Assembly: GCA_002245135.1 (NCBI GenBank)
Contig: NGBS01000873.1
Coordinates: 1-64,000 of the forward strand
Length of the DNA: 64,000 nt
Direction of reading: 5' to 3'
Source: Proteromonas lacertae
Lineage: Eukaryota
The notes beneath the pieces were generated by a model that had not been told where the DNA came from, made no database searches, and saw nothing but the letters and a program-made list of their open reading frames with translations. This document shows, in pieces, positions 57,017-64,000 of this stretch. Position 1 is the stretch's first letter; each line of letters begins with the position of its first letter. Position numbers and translations under genes: made by a program.

Positions 57017-58042
57017 ATGGCTACTTCAAAGAAAACCAAGAGCTACAACAAATTGACTGATGACACGCGAACTGAAGTGATTGCTAACATTGTCAATCAA
57101 AAAAGACCTCTCAGCGAGGTGTCTACTGTATTTGGAATACCAAGATCAACAGTATGGAATATCGTTTCCACTTATAAAAAGACTAAACGAGTAGAGCCTG
57201 TCTCCAGATCAGGAGGTCGCAAAAGAAAGTTCACAGATGATGATGCTTCTGTAATTCTCAAGTTAGCTAGTTCCAGCACAGAAATCTCATTGAAGAAAAT
57301 TAAGAAAGAATATGAAGATCAAAGACCAGGTCAATCTATTTCAATTTCGACAATTCACTCAATTCTAAAGAAAACTAACAGTAACACCAAATCATTTTTC
57401 GTCGATGAGTTTGTGTCTAATAGTCCACAGTCTAAAGAACAACGTCAAATCTATGCTGACCATTTTCTTAAATTATCTGATGTTACTAATAGCAGCCTGT
57501 ATACGGGTGTATTAGTAATAGATTTAAGCAGTAGTGTATTTACACCAATATCTTACGGTGATTTCCAATGTAAAGGTTCAATATATATTATGGTCTCTCT
57601 ATATGTAGGTGGTATATACAATCATGTTGTACAAGTTGGAACAATGCAAGCGAAAGTATTTGATAGTTATTTAACCAATACATTGAAGGAAGTACAAACA
57701 AGAATTCCTGATTTTAAGAATGAAGGATATTTATTCGCTGACTGCTTGAAATATCTAGAGGAAAGTCGTATATCTTTAATTGCTCAACAAGCTGGTTTTC
57801 ATGCCTCAGTAATTCCAGCATTTTCATCATTTTTAAGTCCCATTGAATATTTAAGGAAGAAATTGAATGATAAAGTAATTGTATCAAAAGCTGATCAAGA
57901 TTCACTTATTTCTGCAGTAGATAGCGCATTAGGTGATATAACAGCTGCTGACTGTAAAGGATGGATTGATTACATTAAAGATACTCATATTAAGGCATGT
58001 GCAAATAAAGAAGATTTTGCTGTTGAATCTGCTTCAGTATGA
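57017..58042 (+). CDS. IS630/Tc1-mariner transposase-derived protein (HTH plus degenerate DDE), intronless
   Basis: HTH SEVSTVFGIPRSTVWNIV, GGRKRK, ISISTIHSILKK; YLFADC (cf. VMDNA); IPAFSSFLSPIEYL (cf. LPPYSPFLNPIE); ITAADCKGW. Confidence 0.8.
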   Translation: MATSKKTKSYNKLTDDTRTEVIANIVNQKRPLSEVSTVFGIPRSTVWNIVSTYKKTKRVEPVSRSGGRKRKFTDDDASVILKLASSSTEISLKKIKKEYEDQRPGQSISISTIHSILKKTNSNTKSFFVDEFVSNSPQSKEQRQIYADHFLKLSDVTNSSLYTGVLVIDLSSSVFTPISYGDFQCKGSIYIMVSLYVGGIYNHVVQVGTMQAKVFDSYLTNTLKEVQTRIPDFKNEGYLFADCLKYLEESRISLIAQQAGFHASVIPAFSSFLSPIEYLRKKLNDKVIVSKADQDSLISAVDSALGDITAADCKGWIDYIKDTHIKACANKEDFAVESASV

Positions 58043-58192
58043 ATTAATATTGGAGATTTAACAAAATAAATAATTTAAATGTTTTTATATTACTGATGAA
58101 AAAAAAATCCATTATTAATATTATTATGTTATTCGATAGTTTTTTTTACAATTTAAAAATAATTAATCAAAATGATGTATATAAATCCATAT

Positions 58193-59437
58193 TTATTCGA
58201 TTATTTTAATATTACTAAATTCATTAACTATTGTTTGATATAATAGTTGTGAGCTAATGCTTTGAGAAGTCATTAACAACAAATTCAATTTTTTATGTTT
58301 TCTATCTTGAAATGAAGATAATATAACTGAATTATTAGCATTTTTTCTATATTGAGATATATATGGACCTTCTAATATGGAATCTGGAAAGTTGTAATTT
58401 CCTATAGATGTTAATTCAAAAGAAAGTTGTGTAGTTCTATCATTTTCTGTAGGAAATTTGCTAAAGAATTCATATGGATTTTGACCTATATATTTACAAG
58501 CAGCTTCCAGCAATTTTGGATCTTTTTTATACTTGTTTATTTCTCTTCCATTATTAATAACATTACTTATGATATTACTTGATTTTATTGAGACTGGTAT
58601 TTCTATATCTGCTAAAGATTGATAAAAAGTTTCATTGCTATTATTTATACACGAACGAATTAAATGTTCACAGCTAAATAAACAATATATTGGATAATAT
58701 AATTTCTTTGGAGTGTGATATGTTTTGTATATTGAATTAGCAAATAATGTAAGTAATAAAGCTGCTGGGCCTATTTTTATAGCTTTTGATGCAGAAACAT
58801 ATTGAATTTTGGATAATAGATCTTCATATTGTTGATATCTATCATTTCTTATTGACAGAATATATTGATCAAAGTTATTATTGTGTGAATATGGAACGAC
58901 AACTTTTACTTTTTTATCTTCATTAATTTTTATATTTTTTGAATGATAATCTTTGTTCATAAAATATTCATGTAAATCTAATAATGATGGTTTACTAGCT
59001 ATAGGTGAAGGATATTGAATAACAGGCTCTTCTGCAATATTTAATATCCTTTCAATTGTTTTAAAAATATGCTTTCCATCAACTCCGGTATGATCAATTG
59101 ATATAACCAATTTGTTATCTTGTACTAAGAATTCTACTGGATTTTTATTCTGAGGAGAATGATTTACGCATTCTGTTATTAAATATTGAAGTGTATTATT
59201 TCCTGTGACTGTAGAACATGTAACTGGATTATGATCATAATACCAGTAATATGGAGTATCAGTTGTATGTCTTAATTTTAACCAATTGTGTGATCGTAAT
59301 TCTGCCACAGAATTGATAGCTTTATTTAACTGGTTGGTGTTAATTGTATGTTTATAAGATAAACCAATTACAGCTCTGTAAGATCTTGTGTATAACAATT
59401 TTTCGAATACATTGAACTTTCTAAGATAAGATGACAT
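58193..59437 (-). CDS. CoA-dependent acyltransferase (alcohol acetyltransferase/condensation-domain-like), intronless
   Basis: N-terminal YLRKFNVFEK; catalytic HxxxDG motif (IDHTGVDG); FELTSIG near the C-terminus. Confidence 0.7.
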   Translation of the reverse strand: MSSYLRKFNVFEKLLYTRSYRAVIGLSYKHTINTNQLNKAINSVAELRSHNWLKLRHTTDTPYYWYYDHNPVTCSTVTGNNTLQYLITECVNHSPQNKNPVEFLVQDNKLVISIDHTGVDGKHIFKTIERILNIAEEPVIQYPSPIASKPSLLDLHEYFMNKDYHSKNIKINEDKKVKVVVPYSHNNNFDQYILSIRNDRYQQYEDLLSKIQYVSASKAIKIGPAALLLTLFANSIYKTYHTPKKLYYPIYCLFSCEHLIRSCINNSNETFYQSLADIEIPVSIKSSNIISNVINNGREINKYKKDPKLLEAACKYIGQNPYEFFSKFPTENDRTTQLSFELTSIGNYNFPDSILEGPYISQYRKNANNSVILSSFQDRKHKKLNLLLMTSQSISSQLLYQTIVNEFSNIKIIE

Positions 59438-59529
59438 TATCTTTGTTTTGATCAGGCGGAATATCCTTTTTATTTCTTTAACAAAGCTTGATTCTTATCA
59501 AACATTTTTTATATAATTTAAAATTCTGA

Positions 59530-60506
59530 ATGAGTGAGCTTGATAAAATATATGGTGTATCCTTTAATCTTTACATGATGCTAGGATGGATTCATAAGCC
59601 CTATAGAATTAGATGACGAAAAAACAGATACTCATAGACCTTCAGATGATGATGATACTCCAAATAGAAGTTATGAAAAAGATACTGATGGAAATGAAAA
59701 TAATACTGATGATGAAGATAATGAAAACAGTGAGGAAGATGAAGGTATTACACTTTATATATTTTTAAACGAAATAGATCATATAGAGGATTATGGAAAT
59801 AGTGAATATTGGGATGACCGATATTTAAATGACACAGATCAGTTTGATTGGCTTGTTGAATACAAAGATTTAGAAAAAGAAAATCTAATTACAGATATAA
59901 TATATCCAACAGATTTAATTTTGATTTTAGGTTGTGGTAATGCAAGTATACATTTATATTTCTATATAATATAGCATTTTCAGAAGATATGTATAATCAT
60001 GATTTTCACTATATAATTAACATTGACTTATCAAAAGTAGTACTAGATCAGATGCAAGAACGTAACAAAGATAAACCAGAAATGAAATGTATTATTATGA
60101 TTAATTTATTGAAATAGATGTCCAAATGGATGCTACACGCTTATTATTTCCAGATGAGTCTTTTAATGTTGTTATTGATAAAAGTACAATGGATTGCTTG
60201 TTGTGTTGTGTAGATAGTGACAATAAAGTATAATGATATTGTTTTTCATATATAATAGATACATAGTATGTTAAAAGAAAGTTATAGATGTTTAAAACCA
60301 TCAGGAATATACTATTGTATTACTTTACATGAGAAAGAAAAGATGTTAGAGTATTTTGAACACTCTGATCTTCCTTGGGGTAATATATTAGCCTTTCCAA
60401 TACGTATTATTATACATATTAATTATAATTTAAAATAGCTAATCCTAGATGGGAACCTGGAAGTAATAGACACCCATTTCATCATATAATCATCTGTCAA
60501 AAATAA
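59530..60506 (+). CDS. Class I SAM methyltransferase (EEF1AKMT4/METTL13-N-like)
   Basis: Not in the ORF track because of introns. YGNSEYWDDRY...FDWL; ILDLGCGNA; NIDLSKVV; MDATRLLFPDESFNVVIDKSTMDCLLC; RCLKPSGIY. Confidence 0.9.
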
Positions 60507-60606
60507 GTTCTTTATTATTAACTTTAATAATTACACTGTTTTTAATTTTTCTTTTTATTTTCAAAACTTCTATTTTTAACAAAAACATTAATCAAAAATC
60601 TAATAG

Positions 60607-61581
60607 TTACTTATAATTAACAAAGTTTTTAGATTCTCTTTCTATCAATGTTTTAAATTCATTTACAGCTTCTTCATAATTAAATTTATTTCTTTTTTCG
60701 ATCAATTCTTTCATAATATCTATTGGATCAGTATATTTTATTATTTGCTGTATATTTGGATGTTTTAAACGGAAAAATGGATTAACTTCTTTCTGTTCTT
60801 GAATTGATAATGGAGGACAACGTTGATTCTCATTAACTTGAAAATAAATTGAATCTCTTAATGTTTTTATAATTGGATTATTAGGTTCGATTGAAGAAGC
60901 AAAAAACACATTTCTCAATATATCATCTTTACCTGGATAAATTAATGTCTGAGGAGGTAATGTGAATATATGATTATATCTATAAAAATATTAAAATATA
61001 ATATTAATATATACATTAAATCATATAAATTATTATATTGATTTTCATTCACTAATCCAACTCCACATGTTTGAATAATATCTCCAGTAAATAAACGAGG
61101 TTGACTATCTCCAAATACACAATATAATACTTGATCAATACTGTTAACACAACCTTTCATCATATATACAGACAATCCACCTATATCAACATGATCACCA
61201 CTTTTCATTGGATGATTTACATTATTCAACTATATTTCATTAGGATTAAATAATACATACATTAGATTCTTCTGAAGTTGTGAACTTTATTCCTGAGTGA
61301 CTGCTTAGAAACTTTACATTCTCTACTTTATTATCTAATCCCTTAGTAGCAAATAAATGCAAAAATTCACCATCTTCTTCATTTATATTCTGCTTTAAAA
61401 TTGAACTATCTAAACAATCTATTCCAAATTGCTTCATATTACATCTATCTTGAATTACATATCCTGTTTCATTTATTTTGTAATTTATCGGAATAATTCT
61501 TATTGAAGATGACAATCTATCATTGACAATAGTATGATGTCTTCTTATTAATGATTTAAATGCTTTTTGAAACATTTTCAT
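60607..61581 (-). CDS. Glyoxalase II (hydroxyacylglutathione hydrolase)-like protein lacking metal ligands, with putative mitochondrial presequence
   Basis: LFTGDIIQTCGVG; LPPQTLIYPG; PLSIQEQKEVNPFFR; DPIDIMKELIEKRNKF (HAGH_C). Basic N-terminus MFQKAFKSLIRRH. Confidence 0.8.
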
Positions 61582-61753
61582 TCTCAAGCCAAACCATTTT
61601 TTTCTTTTTTGAGTTTTTCAATTACTTTAGAATAATATTTCATTAGGTCAATATTTTATATACCATCTTCACATTAAAATACTTTCATATCTAACATTAA
61701 TAAAAATTTTGATTTAGTATTGTTTATAAAATGTAATTAAAAAATAAAATTAA

Positions 61754-61826
61754 GCTGTGATAGCTCAGTTGGGAGAGCGTTAGACTGAAGATCTAAAGGT
61801 CGCTGGTTCAATCCCGGCTCATAGCG
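61754..61826 (+). tRNA. tRNA-Phe (GAA)
   Basis: Complete cloverleaf: GCTGTGA/TCATAGC acceptor stem, GCTC/GAGC D stem, TTAGA-CTGAAGA-TCTAA anticodon arm, GGTTCAATCC; followed by a T-run terminator. Confidence 0.97.
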
Positions 61827-62849
61827 TTATTTTTTCTTTTTTCTTTTTTGTGAAATGATGTTTACTTAATTTTTTATTAGTTTAAATTTATCATATAAAA
61901 CTTCTAAATATTGCTAGGAATAAATTAAAAATAGTGAATAAAATACACTCTTAAATGATAAATAGACTTTGCTCAAACTATTATTCAGCTTATTAATTCC
62001 AGCTTCATATGGATTAAAATATATTCATTCATTATATTATTGTGAATAATAGCATAAAAATATTCTTAGCTAATATATTTTACCAAATTCGTCAAGAATA
62101 AAAGGAGATAGTAATAGGAAAACTCAATATAATTGAAAAATATATTCAATTTACACCATCAGTCCATATGTTTTATCATATAGTGAACAAATTCAACAAA
62201 CAGTTAATATAAATGAAGATGAAGTAGTCCAAGATCACAATAAAGTGACAAACATATTCGTTTTTATAGACGTATATAATTTTTAGTTTTAGTATTTTTG
62301 TATGCTGTGTTAATAATTTACCCTGTTAAAGTTGTAAAAAAAATATTTTGTTAAATGTTATGCTACTACGATGGTTAAATGGAAGATGAATAGACAAATC
62401 AACTATGTATTTATTTAGTTCTCTATATATTTTAGACTTACTTGATTTCACCGTATTAGGTAATTATTATTTTGATAATATAGAGAAATGACTTATATTA
62501 CCAATTATTAACATAATTACATTATAATTTAACTATCATGATTATAAACATAATTAAATCATCATATTTATCAAAAATATATGAACAATATTCATTATTG
62601 ATAATGCAACATGCAATTAACCAAGTGGAGGTAGATAGTAATTATTTTGGTAAATTTGAAGATTGAACTTGGTCAATTACATAATTTTTATACTTATTTA
62701 TATATTATTTAAACTATATATATTATTATGAACTTTGAACTATTATATTTAAATGATATAATGATGATTGTTATGAAAGTTTCTTTCATATTATTTGCAT
62801 TTATTATGGCTAATTACATAAATATAACAAATAATTATAAAAATATAAT

Positions 62850-63026
62850 CTATTTATCATCCTTAACTATTATTATTATCATAATCTTTATAATAATTAA
62901 AGTCTTTCTCAAGAAATTCTTAAGTTTTTTGTTAACACATATATCCAACGGCTGTAAGTACGGTGTGCATCTAGGCGGTATCATTATTACAATTATCTTA
63001 TTTTTGATACATAAATCTATTGCATT
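62850..63026 (-). mobile_element. pogo/Tigger-type (DDE_1) transposase fragment
   Basis: Translates as NAIDLCIKNKIIVIMIPPRCTPYLQPLDICVNKKLKNFLRK, the QPLD motif of pogo-family transposases. Bounded by stops. Confidence 0.8.
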
Positions 63027-63044
63027 TTAGTTATAGTTGTTGTT

Positions 63045-63078
63045 CCCCGTATGGCTGAAATCCCCGTATGGCGAAATT
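63045..63078. repeat. GC-rich tandem dimer CCCCGTATGGC(T)GAAAT
   Basis: ccccgtatggctgaaat followed by ccccgtatggcgaaat. Confidence 0.85.
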
Positions 63079-63142
63079 CTATATTGCAGAATGATTAAAT
63101 AAAAACTAATATGATATTCATGATGTTCGGAGTTAGTTATTA

Positions 63143-63572
63143 ACAAATATATAGTTAGTTTGTCATATGACCTACATCTGTGATCTACTTTTTTATGAAC
63201 TTCATTATTCTCAATATTATACTAATTTTCTTTACATTCTCTATTTTAATGTTTCAGCCACTACTACAGTCTAAAATACATTATCTGATATGAATAGAAT
63301 ACACTATCTTTATGTTAAGGTAGTGAAAACAGAAAAAAGAAAAAAAATAATCAAGCCTCACTTAAGCCAGCTGTTTAAAATCTTTTTTTAAATAAGCTGT
63401 TGTTATATTTATTGCAATATATTTATATCAGATAATGTATTTTAGACTGTAGCAGTGACTGAAACATTAAAATAGAAAAAATAATAATATTAGTTTAACG
63501 TTAAGAATAATGAAGTTCATAAAAAAGTAGATCACAGATGTGGGTCATATGACAAACTAACTATATATTTGT
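63143..63572. repeat. Long imperfect inverted repeat (fold-back or MITE-like)
   Basis: Arms 63143-63296 and 63420-63572, e.g. acaaatatatagttagtttgtcatatgacc / ggtcatatgacaaactaactatatatttgt. Spacer ~120 bp. Confidence 0.92.
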
Positions 63573-63824
63573 AAATATCTCTTTATAACTAAGATAAAAA
63601 TGATATTAGTTTGTTTTAAAAGTAATTGTATGATGAAAGAGACTCAACGGCGTACAACACTTCTACTAATCTTTTCATAGATTGTATAGCTAATTCTAAA
63701 ATACACTTGGAAAAAAATGTTATTCTAACAGCAGATATCATTTACCAAACATCATCTTAATCACATTTTATTCATTTTTACACATTCATTTGATTTTTAA
63801 ATTCAATATATATCAAACCTTCAA

Positions 63825-63897
63825 GCTGTGATAGATCAGTTGGGAGAGCGTTAGACTGAAGATCTAAAGGTCACTGGTTCAATCCCGGCTCATAGCG
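63825..63897 (+). tRNA. tRNA-Phe (GAA), second copy with two stem-breaking substitutions (possible pseudogene)
   Basis: Identical to 61754-61826 except D stem GCTC>GATC and T stem GCTGG>ACTGG. Confidence 0.85.
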
Positions 63898-64000
63898 TTA
63901 TTTTTTCTTTTCTCTTTTCCGCCTTATTATGAATCAATATATTATGACATATACTTATATTTCCTTGATTCACAACAAAATTATTAATAAAATAATAATA

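Noticed and set aside
8287..61581. Blastocystis-style stop codons created by polyadenylation (TGTTTGTT motif)
   Set aside because: The genes I traced end in genome-encoded stops, and I did not see the motif just downstream of the ends I checked.
50412..61826. PheRS-alpha gene ~10 kb from tRNA-Phe genes
   Set aside because: Six unrelated genes intervene; probably coincidence.

Overview
Very AT-rich (by eye roughly low-20s % GC), gene-dense eukaryotic DNA using the standard code. It has many 26-36 nt GT-AG introns and very short intergenic spaces. This resembles an anaerobic stramenopile of the Blastocystis/Proteromonas type, but that is inference only. About 17 multi-exon genes are recognisable: HMG-box, coiled-coil proteins, a 7TM-RGS receptor, a giant HECT E3, a CBM20-branching-enzyme-like protein, a TSET subunit TCUP/TML, NAR1, a PUF protein, AMPK-gamma, PheRS-alpha, WD40, PDI-like, an IS630/Tc1-derived gene, an HxxxDG acyltransferase, a methyltransferase and a glyoxalase-II-like protein. 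There are also two tRNA-Phe copies. The main feature is a giant receptor made of about nine tandem UrtA/AmiC-like periplasmic-binding (Venus-flytrap) modules. It occurs as two complementary partial copies sharing a ~4.56 kb inverted repeat (1405-5975 / 43811-48369). Inverting the ~38 kb between the repeats would rebuild one gene running from signal peptide to membrane anchor, so this is either a DNA switch or a mis-join. The far right holds a 2 kb tRNA-bounded island with a pogo-type transposase relic and a long hairpin. Several genes look like pseudoenzymes.
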